From a virus: a stretch of 37,829 nucleotides of DNA. The number at the start of each line of letters is the position of its first letter. Position 1 is the first letter of the stretch. Shown here one piece after another: positions 17,422 through 27,700 of the stretch. Location of the stretch: UHGV virus genome UHGV-0310098; one strand, 5' to 3'. The translations under genes were made by a program, and so were the position numbers. The notes beneath the pieces are model-generated. The model searched no databases. It was not told the origin of the DNA and saw only the letters and a list, made by a program, of their open reading frames with translations.

Positions 17422-17727
17422 ATGGCATACGAACCAACTACATGGAATAATGATGACGTTATTACAGCAGAGAAACTGAATAAGTTAGAGCAGGGCGTGA
17501 AGAACGAGCAGGTTGGGCCAGCAGGGCCAGCAGGGCCAGCAGGGCCAAAAGGCGATCAGGGTGCGCAGGGACCAAGTTACATTCTTCCAGCGGCAAGCAA
17601 AACAACACTGGGCGGTGTGAAACAGGCTGCGCTTGTAGCAGAAGCGGCAGGAGAGAATGTAACAAAGGCGGAATTCAAAGCTCTTCTTGATGCATTAAAG
17701 GCAGCCGGACAGATGGCAAGAGAGTAA
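17422..17727 (+). CDS. small collagen-like (GPAGPAGPAGPKGDQGAQGP) protein, candidate head decoration or fibre protein
   Basis: Seven Gly-X-Y triplets. ATG at 17422 eight nt after GGAGG; the track start at 17407 lies inside the RBS. Confidence 0.5.
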   Translation: MAYEPTTWNNDDVITAEKLNKLEQGVKNEQVGPAGPAGPAGPKGDQGAQGPSYILPAASKTTLGGVKQAALVAEAAGENVTKAEFKALLDALKAAGQMARE

Positions 17728-17738
17728 AAGGAGCACCT

Positions 17739-18113
17739 ATGTTAGTAGACTACAGTTACTACATTGAGGATTTCGGGGGAGAGAAAATCTCCTCTGAGTC
17801 CGATTTTAAAAGAATCAGAAATTTGGCAGAAACGCATCTTTGCAACTTTACGTTTAACAGAATTAAAAATGATGTAGAGAATGAGCATTTGATTAAATCG
17901 TGTATTTGTGAAATGTGCGATACAATCTATGACATGACCTTAAAAGACGGCGGAAAAGTTAAAAAGTCCGAAAATACAGACGGGTACTCTGTGTCTTATG
18001 TAACAGAGCGTATTGACGGACAGGACACAGAAAAAGCGCTTGAGAATAAGCTGTACCGGATTGCGAAAGTCTATCTCGGTAATACTGGCTTACTGTATCG
18101 CGGAGTATGCTAA
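17739..18113 (+). CDS. head-tail connector (gp6/gp15-like)
   Basis: AAAGGAG RBS; 124 aa; first of four small head-tail joining genes. Confidence 0.45.
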   Translation: MLVDYSYYIEDFGGEKISSESDFKRIRNLAETHLCNFTFNRIKNDVENEHLIKSCICEMCDTIYDMTLKDGGKVKKSENTDGYSVSYVTERIDGQDTEKALENKLYRIAKVYLGNTGLLYRGVC

Positions 18114-18442
18114 TAAATTCAGACGCCACCCTGTACAGCCGGAAGTATAACCCGTCTACTCGGCTGGATGAGTGGGAACGAACCTACATCCCGGAAGTGT
18201 GGTGGTACAAAAACGAAAAGTCGCAGATCACGACAGATGGATTAAAGCAAGCAGACACCTACACCGTCAGAATCCCGGACACGAGCGTGGCTGTCAAAAA
18301 AGATGATTATCTTGTAAAAGGAGATTGTAAGGTTGACATGCAGACCATCAAGGATTTGGATGGGCTGGATAAGACCAGAGTCACATCTGCAAACTACAAT
18401 ACTTTTGGCGGCAATCCGCATATTAAGGTGGTGGGAATATAA
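18107..18442 (+). CDS. head closure / head-tail adaptor protein
   Basis: 111 aa; overlaps both neighbours by a few nt; position. Confidence 0.4.
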   Translation: MLINSDATLYSRKYNPSTRLDEWERTYIPEVWWYKNEKSQITTDGLKQADTYTVRIPDTSVAVKKDDYLVKGDCKVDMQTIKDLDGLDKTRVTSANYNTFGGNPHIKVVGI

Positions 18443-18843
18443 TGGCAAAAGGAAAGAAAAAATTCCAGATTGAGACGCCGAGAGGTAAGATATCAACTTA
18501 CACGATTTCCAAGGGAAATTTGAAAGGAAGGACAATAGCGAGACTCGACTGGAATCCGAACTTTAGACCGAATATGGAATCCGGTTTCGCAAACGCACAG
18601 GAGTTTGTTGATTCTGAGTGCATCCGGCGTATGAACCCGGAGACTCCAAGACGGACAGGAGCACTGGCTAAGTCACCGACTCTTGGCAGCGTGATCGGCA
18701 GTGGTGAAATCGACCAGATTGCGCCTTATGCACGTAGACAGTATTACGAGCATAAGGAAAAATCACGATGGTTCGAACGCATGAAGAACCGGCACAAGGA
18801 CTCTATCTTGAAAGGAGCTGCGAACTATGTCAAATCTCACTGA
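18442..18843 (+). CDS. HK97 gp10-like tail component (putative)
   Basis: 133 aa; position within the head-tail joining block. Confidence 0.4.
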   Translation: MAKGKKKFQIETPRGKISTYTISKGNLKGRTIARLDWNPNFRPNMESGFANAQEFVDSECIRRMNPETPRRTGALAKSPTLGSVIGSGEIDQIAPYARRQYYEHKEKSRWFERMKNRHKDSILKGAANYVKSH

Positions 18844-19246
18844 CAGTGTCAGATCGTACATCCTCATGTGCCCGTTTTTAAGTGATGGGCGTGTAAATGT
18901 GGACTATATCGGAACAGATATGGGATATTCAATCGACCCTCTTCCGTGTGATCCAATTATCCAGAGATATATGGATGGTGGAGCAAAAAAGCAGTTCCAG
19001 TTTGCATTTACAAGCCAAGAGGAATACGATCAGGACGCAAGGATAAATATTGAGAACAGCGGATTCTTCCAAAGTTTTGAGGAATGGCTGGAACAGCAGA
19101 GTTTTAATGGCAATCTGCCGGAACTCGGAGAAAAGAAGAATCCAATATCGATCGAAACTTTAAACAGCGGCTATCTGTACGATATGAATGGTGAAAATGC
19201 CAAGTATCGCATAGAGTGCCGCTTAATTTATGCACAGGAGGTATAA
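18827..19246 (+). CDS. tail completion protein (putative)
   Basis: 139 aa immediately upstream of the major tail gene. Confidence 0.4.
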   Translation: MSNLTDSVRSYILMCPFLSDGRVNVDYIGTDMGYSIDPLPCDPIIQRYMDGGAKKQFQFAFTSQEEYDQDARINIENSGFFQSFEEWLEQQSFNGNLPELGEKKNPISIETLNSGYLYDMNGENAKYRIECRLIYAQEV

Positions 19247-19248
19247 AT

Positions 19249-19776
19249 ATGGCAGAGAAAAAGTCTGAATTAGTTGGACGCCACAAACGGGTGGCATACA
19301 TGAACACGGACGCTACCGGAAGTTCGCCAAAATTCGAACGCATGATGAATTTTACAACCATGACAAATGGGAAAAACCCAAAAGAGTATTCCAGGCAGTA
19401 CGTGGATGAAATCGCGGAGCGTGCGGACGTTGTAGGGTACGCGCCGGCAATCGAATATTCGTTTGACCGGTACACAAATAACCCGGTACACGAAAAAATC
19501 GCAACAATCCACGATGGTGAAAAACTTGGAGATGACGCACATGTAGAGGTTGTAGTTGTCGATTTCTTCAAGAAAAGTGACAAGGGCGATAAGTGTTACG
19601 CTACAAAAAGAACCTATGCGGTTATCCCGGATTCTGACGGAGATGGAACGGATGCGCTTGTGTATAGCGGATCTCTTAAATCTGTGTCCGACATCGAGGA
19701 AGGATACGTTACAGAAACCGATTTTACAAGCAAGACGGTTACTTACACAAAAGGTGATTACGCAGCAACTGACTGA
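19249..19776 (+). CDS. major tail protein (putative)
   Basis: ATG at 19249 nine nt after AGGAGG. 175 aa. Followed by the chaperone pair and tape measure. The track start at 19216 lacks an RBS. Confidence 0.5.
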   Translation: MAEKKSELVGRHKRVAYMNTDATGSSPKFERMMNFTTMTNGKNPKEYSRQYVDEIAERADVVGYAPAIEYSFDRYTNNPVHEKIATIHDGEKLGDDAHVEVVVVDFFKKSDKGDKCYATKRTYAVIPDSDGDGTDALVYSGSLKSVSDIEEGYVTETDFTSKTVTYTKGDYAATD

Positions 19777-19796
19777 AAGAAAAGGAGAGCGAGCCA

Positions 19797-20162
19797 ATGA
19801 GCCAGTGGAAATGGAATGACGTAGAGCTTGAAATCGATATGGACGATGTAGAGTTTTTGGAAAGGTATGAAAAGGTATTTGAAAACATCGAGCCGAGGGA
19901 GAAGAATCTTGAAAAGGTTGGAAAAATATCTGAAATAACCAGAGAATATTGTTTGCTGTTTTATGATATTTTTGACGGAATTTTCGGAGAAGGTACTTCT
20001 GAAAAACTTTTTGATGGGAAAATGAATTTGAGAGTTTGCGAAGAGTGCTATGATTCGTTCATTGCTGTATGTGAAAAAGAAATCAATGCCGTAAACAAAA
20101 GAAGAAATTCTGTTGTTAGCAAATATGCTCCGAATAGAGCTCAGAGACGTGCAAAGAAATAA
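19797..20162 (+). CDS. tail assembly chaperone (gpG-like)
   Basis: 121 aa acidic protein, two genes upstream of the tape measure. Confidence 0.45.
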   Translation: MSQWKWNDVELEIDMDDVEFLERYEKVFENIEPREKNLEKVGKISEITREYCLLFYDIFDGIFGEGTSEKLFDGKMNLRVCEECYDSFIAVCEKEINAVNKRRNSVVSKYAPNRAQRRAKK

Positions 20163-20163
20163 C

Positions 20164-20736
20164 ATGAATTTTTTCTATGAAGAGTTACCAAACACGGTAA
20201 ATGTGAAAGGTGAAAACATCAAGATCATTACGGATTTCCGTGAATACATCAGACTTTTGGATATGTTAAAAGACCAAGAGCTTGATGCTCTTCAAAAATT
20301 TGCAATCATACAGCAGTATTTTCTTGATGACATAGTCGCAGACGAAGAAGCTATAAGTGCATTGTCCTGCTTTATAACGATGGATGCAAATTGCGTAGAG
20401 GCTGCGGAGACAGGTGATTGTGGGAGACCACAAGAAAAGCCGAAGAAAAATTTGTTCTCGTACTCCATTGATTATCCATATATATTATCCGGCTTTCTCA
20501 GAGATTATGGGATTGATTTAATCGACATTAAATATATGCACTGGTGGAAATTCCGGATGCTTTTCGATGGTCTGTCTGACGATACGGAAATCAAGCAGCG
20601 AATAATGTACCGCAGCGTTGATTTATCGGAAATCAAAGACAAAGAAGAGAGAAAACGAATTAAAAAGATCCAGAAATCAATTCAATTGCCATCTGAGAGT
20701 CTGACGGATTATGATATCGGAAACGCTTTCATGTGA
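20164..20736 (+). CDS. second tail-assembly-chaperone-like protein
   Basis: ATG at 20164, two nt after the previous stop; the track ORF starting at 20113 is the same frame. No slippery heptamer is needed. Confidence 0.4.
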   Translation: MNFFYEELPNTVNVKGENIKIITDFREYIRLLDMLKDQELDALQKFAIIQQYFLDDIVADEEAISALSCFITMDANCVEAAETGDCGRPQEKPKKNLFSYSIDYPYILSGFLRDYGIDLIDIKYMHWWKFRMLFDGLSDDTEIKQRIMYRSVDLSEIKDKEERKRIKKIQKSIQLPSESLTDYDIGNAFM

Positions 20737-20743
20737 GGTGATG

Positions 20744-20899
20744 AAGATGGACAAAATAAAGAAACCGCCACTGATAAGAAAGTGGTATAGATGTCCGGTG
20801 TGCGGGTGCAAACTCTTGATTTATGATAATACAACTGTCTGTACCAATGTATTTATTAAGTGCCGGACATGTAAAAAAGAAGTAGAGATTAAGATTTAA
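20744..20899 (+). CDS. Com-like zinc-ribbon protein (C-x2-C ... C-x2-C)
   Basis: MKMDKIKKPPLIRKWYRCPVCGCKLLIYDNTTVCTNVFIKCRTCKKEVEIKI. GAGGTGATGA RBS. Layout resembles the Mu Com translational regulator. Confidence 0.45.
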   Translation, partial: KMDKIKKPPLIRKWYRCPVCGCKLLIYDNTTVCTNVFIKCRTCKKEVEIKI

Positions 20900-20950
20900 G
20901 CACTTTAAATTGAGCCATTGAGCCTGTGCTATCCATAAAGGAGGGATAGT

Positions 20951-23281
20951 ATGGGTTATGATGGCTCATTAAAATTTAATACAGAAATAAGCGAATCTGG
21001 ATTTAATTCAGGAATTTCCAAACTTGGCAGTGTCGCAAGTGGTGGATTGAAAGTGATTGCCGGATCAGTAGCTGGCGTTGCTGCAGCATTTGGGGCAGTG
21101 TCTAAAATGTCTCTTGATTCTGTTGCAAGCTTGGAGCAAAACATAGGCGGCGTTGAGACGCTATTTAAAGATAGCGCACAGACAGTGATTGATAACGCGA
21201 ACAATGCGTATAAGACAGCTGGTGTATCCGCAAATAAGTACATGGAGACTGTGACAAGCTTTTCTGCATCACTTTTACAGGGGCTTGGGAATAACACCGC
21301 AGAAGCTGCTAAAATAGCAGATATGGCAATGGTAGACATGTCTGACAATGCGAATAAATTTGGATCCAACATGACAGATATCCAAAACGCTTATCAGGGA
21401 TTTGCGAAGCAGAACTACACAATGTTGGATAACCTGAAACTTGGATATGGTGGAACGCAGGCTGAAATGATCCGCTTGATTAACGACAGCGGCATTCTCA
21501 ACGAAAAAATAGAGAATCTTGACAATGTGTCGTTCGACCAGATCATTCAGGCAATCCACAAGATTCAAGAAAATATGGGTATTGCCGGAACGACAAGCGC
21601 AGAAGCATTGACTACTATAGAGGGTTCTGTGCAATCCGCAAAAGCAGCGTTTGATAACTTTTTGAATGGTTCAAGTTCACCTCAGGAGTTGGCAGATGCT
21701 GTAAAGGCGGCGGCTGAAAATATAACGAACAATTTAATGCAGATTGTTCCAAGACTTGCAAAAGAACTTCCAGAGGTTGGAAACCTGTTGATGGAAAGTC
21801 TTTCACAGTCGCTTAATTCCGGAAAACTCGGAGAAATGATGCAGATAGGCGGGCAAGTCATTTCGAATATCACAACCGGAATCATTCAGTCGTTGCCTGG
21901 AATCGTAACTGCGTCAGCGCAAATCATAAGTTCGTTTGCAGAAAATATCAGCACAAGTATACCGCAACTGTTGTCGTCTGGGATCCAGATCATACAGGCA
22001 ATAATAGACGGGATGATGCAGGTATTACCATCTGTTGGATTGCTTATAACTCAACTTATTACAACCCTATACGAGCAGATAACATCTCAGGGGCCAGGTT
22101 TGTTGCAGCAAGGCTATGAATTGTTGAACAATCTGATTGACGGATTTGTAAAGGCAATCCCAGAAGCGCTGCCGAAAGTGCTTGATTTTATACAAGGAAT
22201 CGGAGAAAAGCTTGCAGAAGCTGCACCTGTAATGATTCAAAAAGGTTTTGAGTTGCTACAGAAATTGGTCGAGGGAATCGTGACCGCAATACCGATATTG
22301 ATTGAGCGAGTCCCAGAGATTATCTCTACATTCGCAAACATTATTAACGACAATTTCCCAACGATTTTAATGAAGGGCGCGGAATTGCTTGGGCAGTTGG
22401 CACTCGGGCTTATTCAGGCAATACCAACTCTGATTGCAAATATTCCCCAGATCATAGCAGCTATTGTCGACGTGCTGATGGCGTTCCAGTGGTTAAGCCT
22501 TGGCAAGAGCATAATTAAGTTCTTGGGTGATGGCATTACGTCTATGGTCGGATTTGTAAAAACAGCCGGGACTAATATATTAAACGGAATTAAAGGTTCT
22601 ATTCAGAATCTGCCTTCAACGCTTGCTAATATAGGAAAGTCTGCAATTCACAATCTCGGGAGCACAATAAGCGGCATGGTGTCTTATGTGAAAACCGCCG
22701 CTCTAAAAATCGCGTCCGGAATTGAAACGGCAATACTGACGCTGCCTGGTAAGATGGCATCAATTGGCAGCAATATTGTACAGGGACTGTGGAACGGAAT
22801 ATCCAACATGACTGGTTGGATTATTGACAAGATTGGAGGATTCGCAAGCAGTGTTGTTTCGTCCATCAAAGATTTCTTTGGTATACATTCCCCATCCAGA
22901 GTTATGCGAGACCAAGTCGGGAAATACCTTGCAATGGGTGTAGGCACTGGATACGAAAAGTATATGCCGTACAAAGAGATGAAAAAAGTATCCGGTAAGG
23001 TGGTGTCTCAGTTGTCCGCATCTGTGAGCGGTATAACATTATCAGTGCCGGAAAGCGCTGGAAGTCAAACTTATCAGAAAAGCGTTGGAATCCGGAAGTC
23101 TGAAAATAATAACGAGATACTCTATGCAGTAGACCGTCTATCCAGACTTGCAAACAGGCCACTCGAGATCATCAACAAGATTGACTCTGTAGAGACATCC
23201 AGAGTACTTGCCACTCCGATGCAAAACCAGATTAAAAAGAATCAAGATTTTAAAAAGATGTTAGGAGGTGACAGAAATTGA
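20951..23281 (+). CDS. tail tape measure protein
   Basis: 776 aa. AAGGAGGG RBS. Long repetitive alpha-helical centre (IIQAI/LxxG repeats). Lies between the chaperones and Dit. Confidence 0.85.
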   Translation: MGYDGSLKFNTEISESGFNSGISKLGSVASGGLKVIAGSVAGVAAAFGAVSKMSLDSVASLEQNIGGVETLFKDSAQTVIDNANNAYKTAGVSANKYMETVTSFSASLLQGLGNNTAEAAKIADMAMVDMSDNANKFGSNMTDIQNAYQGFAKQNYTMLDNLKLGYGGTQAEMIRLINDSGILNEKIENLDNVSFDQIIQAIHKIQENMGIAGTTSAEALTTIEGSVQSAKAAFDNFLNGSSSPQELADAVKAAAENITNNLMQIVPRLAKELPEVGNLLMESLSQSLNSGKLGEMMQIGGQVISNITTGIIQSLPGIVTASAQIISSFAENISTSIPQLLSSGIQIIQAIIDGMMQVLPSVGLLITQLITTLYEQITSQGPGLLQQGYELLNNLIDGFVKAIPEALPKVLDFIQGIGEKLAEAAPVMIQKGFELLQKLVEGIVTAIPILIERVPEIISTFANIINDNFPTILMKGAELLGQLALGLIQAIPTLIANIPQIIAAIVDVLMAFQWLSLGKSIIKFLGDGITSMVGFVKTAGTNILNGIKGSIQNLPSTLANIGKSAIHNLGSTISGMVSYVKTAALKIASGIETAILTLPGKMASIGSNIVQGLWNGISNMTGWIIDKIGGFASSVVSSIKDFFGIHSPSRVMRDQVGKYLAMGVGTGYEKYMPYKEMKKVSGKVVSQLSASVSGITLSVPESAGSQTYQKSVGIRKSENNNEILYAVDRLSRLANRPLEIINKIDSVETSRVLATPMQNQIKKNQDFKKMLGGDRN

Positions 23282-24747
23282 GTCTATCAGTTAAGTTTAA
23301 CGACCAAGAACTCGGAAAGTATTTAAACGTGCTTTCTGGGTTCTCCCCATTTAGCGGGGTAGACCGCGAAACAGAACTTTTGGGCGGAGCAGAATCGTGC
23401 AAAGGGGAAGATTACGGGTATACAACTTATAAGTCCAGAACAATAGAAATGCCCTTTGAATTTGTTGGTGATATCGCAGAGAGCTATAATGCGATTCAGA
23501 AAATTTTGAATGTCGCAGAGCCGAAAAAACTTGTTTTTGGGAATTATCCAGACCGCTACTTTTATGCGATACCGGACGGAAGCCTTGATGTGACACAGGT
23601 TGCGATTTTTGGAAAAGGCACAATCACATGGCTAATCCCTGACGGGGTAGCGTACTCCACTGCAGAATTCGACTTTTATGGAGTCCAACAGAGTGGCTAC
23701 CAGACAATTGCCATCCAAAACAACGGTACCGAATGGGCAGATGTGGACTACGAGATTACCCACAAGCACGAGAACGGCTTTATTGGATTGGTCAGCCAGT
23801 ATGGAGTAATTCAGCTTGGGAAACAAGAAGAAGCGGACGGAGAGAACTACGAAGCGTCCGAAGAACTGTTTAACGGTTACGGCTTGTTTCAAGATGATCA
23901 CGGCACCTCTCATCAAAATCCGGAGAATACCACACAAGGAACGCTGGAAGTGCGGGACGTTGCCGGATATAACGTCATGGCATTAAAAGGTGGACAGGCA
24001 ACATCCGGATACTGGAATGGCGGAATGAGAACACTTACTATCCCGGTTGACAGCGAGGGCAGACGTGGGGCAAAGAACTTTTACTGTTACACGCAGCACT
24101 GGTTCGAGACTGGATTGATGGGACAGACGGGAGCACAGACTATTGCGTTTCTTACAGGGAAAAATGAAGTGATCTGCTCCATGTCTATTAACAAGAGTGA
24201 TGCCACAGGTAATACGGCGCGTATCGAGTGGTTTGCCCCAGGGAACACCTTAATCAGACGAGAGGAATTCCAGCCGACAGCCTACGAGGGCAATCCGTTT
24301 AACCTAAAAATGGGATGCCATAATGACTTTTTAAAAGAGGGAGAAAAGCTGCGGATTTTCTGGTATGGAAGTTATATGGAGCGAAACATACCAGAGATTA
24401 AGGATATGGAATGCGAAAAAATCCAAATCTGGATCGGACAGTGGGGAGACAGAAACCTCACAAACCAGTACGTCACGCACAATTATTTAAAAAGCATCCG
24501 ATTCAGAAAGGACAATGTCGATAAGTATAAGGATGTGCCAAACCGGTATCGTGCTGGAGATGTGGTGTCTATAGATGGAGAGAGTACAAAGGTCTATGTA
24601 AACGGGATGCCGGCAAAAGGAGATGAGATTAATGGATCCAATTATCCAAAAGTTCCACCGGGGACAACGGAAGTCCAGTTCTGCTATTCTTCCTTTTCAT
24701 CTCCACCGCCGCATATTAAAGCAAAAATACGGGAGGTATATTTGTAA
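23278..24747 (+). CDS. distal tail protein (Dit) / phage tail family protein
   Basis: 489 aa immediately after the tape measure, overlapping its stop. Confidence 0.6.
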   Translation: MSLSVKFNDQELGKYLNVLSGFSPFSGVDRETELLGGAESCKGEDYGYTTYKSRTIEMPFEFVGDIAESYNAIQKILNVAEPKKLVFGNYPDRYFYAIPDGSLDVTQVAIFGKGTITWLIPDGVAYSTAEFDFYGVQQSGYQTIAIQNNGTEWADVDYEITHKHENGFIGLVSQYGVIQLGKQEEADGENYEASEELFNGYGLFQDDHGTSHQNPENTTQGTLEVRDVAGYNVMALKGGQATSGYWNGGMRTLTIPVDSEGRRGAKNFYCYTQHWFETGLMGQTGAQTIAFLTGKNEVICSMSINKSDATGNTARIEWFAPGNTLIRREEFQPTAYEGNPFNLKMGCHNDFLKEGEKLRIFWYGSYMERNIPEIKDMECEKIQIWIGQWGDRNLTNQYVTHNYLKSIRFRKDNVDKYKDVPNRYRAGDVVSIDGESTKVYVNGMPAKGDEINGSNYPKVPPGTTEVQFCYSSFSSPPPHIKAKIREVYL

Positions 24748-27700
24748 TGGATAACATCAGAATTGCGATTATAAGCACAAATAACACGCCAGTAGCGTAC
24801 ATGGACAACGGGCATAAAAAGTCCATGCACTACTGGAATGATAAGCTACACGAATACTTACAGGGTACGGCGAATGCTTACACTTTTACGGTAAATGCAA
24901 AGCATCCAGACGCACAGCATATCAAAGCTGGGAATAAGGTGGCATTTACTTACAAGGGGAAATCACACTACTTAAACATTGTAAATACAGACAAAACAGA
25001 GCAGACGATTACTGCTACGGCATGGTCACTGTCGTTTGAGTTAATCAACGAGGATGCTGGAGAATACAAAGCTGGAAAAGCCATGAGTTTTGAAGAGTAC
25101 CTCGCCGTCTTTGATGCTGAGAGAACGCTTAAATTGGGACTCAATGAGGTGTCGGACAAACGGATCACCAACGAATGGACAGGTACAACGTCCGTATTAA
25201 AGAGATTATTCTCCCTGGCTAATGTCTTTTCTGCGGAGATCGAATTTGAGACAGTACTGAACAGAGACTACTCTTTAAAAGAGATTGTCCTAAATGTATA
25301 TCGGAAACACTCCGATACAGACAGCGGAGTCGGAGAATACCGGAATGACATTGTACTGCGGTACGGGAAAGGAATTACCGGAATTCGAAAAACCACAGAT
25401 GCCGAGAAGCTTTACACCTGCATCCAGCCGACCGGAAAGGACGGTCTGACAATCAATGGTCTTGACAAGAAAGAATACGATGAAAACGGCAATATCGAGT
25501 ACTTTACAGACGGTGCGATCATCCGCGCACCGCAGGCAAGGGACCGGTTCCCATCCAACATCGTAAATAAGGCTGATGCTTATATCCTGATGCGTAAAGA
25601 GTACGATACAGACAGCAAGGACAAGCTCTATAGCATGGCTCTGTCTGATCTTAAAACAGCATCCGAACCAGTAGTGACCTACGAGGTGGATGGATATTTT
25701 GACACCAACATCGGGGACACCGTGAGGATGCAGGATCAGGAGTGGACACCAGTGCTTTATCTACAGGCAAGAGTATCAGAACAGATCAGGAGTCTTACCA
25801 ATCCAAAAGCTGCAAAGACGGTATTTACAAACTACAAAGAGCTGACATCGGAAATTTCGGACAGCTTATTACAGAGGATGCAAGACCTTATTAATAAAAA
25901 TAAGGTTTATACTTGCTCTATCTCAACAAACAACGGCGTTATCTTTAAAAATGGCATCGGTAGCACTACTCTGACCGCTTACGCTTACGATAACGGCGTG
26001 GATGTGGCAGACAAGCTACAATTCCGATGGAGCAAGGATGGGCATGAGTTTTATGTTGGTAAGAGCGTTACGGTAAATGCTACGGACGTGGATACAAAGG
26101 CGGTGTACTCGTTTGAGGCTATTGAAAATGGGATAAAACGTGGGTATTACGAGGTTACGATTACAGATGTAATGGATGGAGAGGATGGAAAAGACGGAGA
26201 ACAGGGTCCGCAAGGTGAGAAAGGAGAACAGGGACCTCCGGGTCCACAAGGCGCTCCGGGATTGGATGGTATACAGGGTCCAAAAGGGGATCAGGGAATC
26301 CCGGGAAAAGATGGGAAGGACGGAAAAACACAGTACACCCACATTGCTTATGCAAACAGCGCAGATGGGTCTAAAGATTTTTCTGTATCCGACAGTAATC
26401 GGGAATATATCGGAATGTATGTTGATTTTACGCAAAATGACAGCGCAGACCCGACAAAATATGCATGGAGTAAGATCAAAGGCGCAGATGGGGCGATCGG
26501 AACACCAGGAAAGCCGGGAGCCGATGGAAAGACCCCATATCTACATATCGCCTATGCAAACAGTGCAGATGGCAAGACGGGATTTTCCACCACGGATGGT
26601 ACAAATAAGCTCTATATCGGGCAGTATACAGATTATACACAGGCAGATAGTACAGATGCTGCGAAGTATACATGGACAAAGATCAAAGGCGAACAGGGGG
26701 AACGTGGTCCACAGGGAGTTCCCGGTCTGCAAGGGGTACAAGGTCCCCAGGGTGAACAGGGGATACAGGGTCCCAAAGGAGATACTGGAGCTGCAGGTGT
26801 AAACTACTGGAGATCATCAGCAACGATAGACTTATCTGATACCAAAACTTACGATGTAAATAAATGGTATCCCGTTGTGGGGAGTCAGCTTCCAACGAGT
26901 GTTTATAATCGTATTTTGGTTAATGTGTCTTTAAATAGTGGAACAAAACCATCCTGGAGTACACATGATAGCGGATTCTCGGTGAATTTAGATCTGGCTT
27001 CCATTGGATCTGGGTGGGGAACTACTTCTGGCGAATGTATTATTTATGCAGACACGTATTCATTCTGTTCAGTGTCGCCTGCCAGCTATACACAACTGAC
27101 TTATGGATCAATCCCTGTATTATATTTAAGAGGTGGCGGTAAATATTTTGTAAAGACTGATTTTGTGGTCAACTGGACACCTAAGCCAACAGGATATACA
27201 TGGCAGGAAGGAAATTATAAGCAGACAGCACCTGTCTTAGATAGCAGACCTGTACCAAGCGGAACCAATATTAAAGGGAAGAGCACCTATTTTCACATCA
27301 AGTATTCCGCAGTATCGAATCCAACCACCTCTAACCAGATGACAGAGATACCTAACACATATATTGGTACTTACGTAGACTTCACACAGGAAGATAGCAC
27401 GGATCCAAAGAAATATACCTGGTCACGTTTCCAAGGACTTCAAGGACCGCAGGGAACACAGGGGATTCCGGGGACGAACGGTACAAACGGCAAGACAAGC
27501 TATCTGCACATTAAATATTCCAACGATGGAGGGAAAACATTTACCGGAAACAGCGGAGAAGATGTAGGAACGTATATTGGTACTTGCGTGGATTACAATC
27601 AGTCCGATCCTGCAAGTGTTGGATCTTATAAGTGGGCGAAGATTAAAGGAGAACAAGGTGCGACAGGACCACAAGGAGCAACGGGACCAAGTGGCATAAT

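Noticed and set aside
19104-19797. Two large - strand ORFs (159 and 175 aa) across the major tail gene
   Set aside because: Antisense to the contiguous late operon. No RBS, atypical composition. Likely chance ORFs.
19797-20736. Programmed -1 frameshift between the two tail assembly chaperone ORFs (G/GT-like)
   Set aside because: The second ORF has its own ATG (20164) two nt after the first stop. The track's 20113 start is the same frame. No slippery heptamer is required. Not excluded, but not supported.
26176-26802. 208-aa alternate-frame + ORF inside the tail fibre gene, and other short ORFs on the opposite strand in 26.0-26.9 kb
   Set aside because: Produced by the codon periodicity of the collagen-like GGN-CCN-NNN repeats. 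Arginine/glutamine-rich nonsense translation, no start context.
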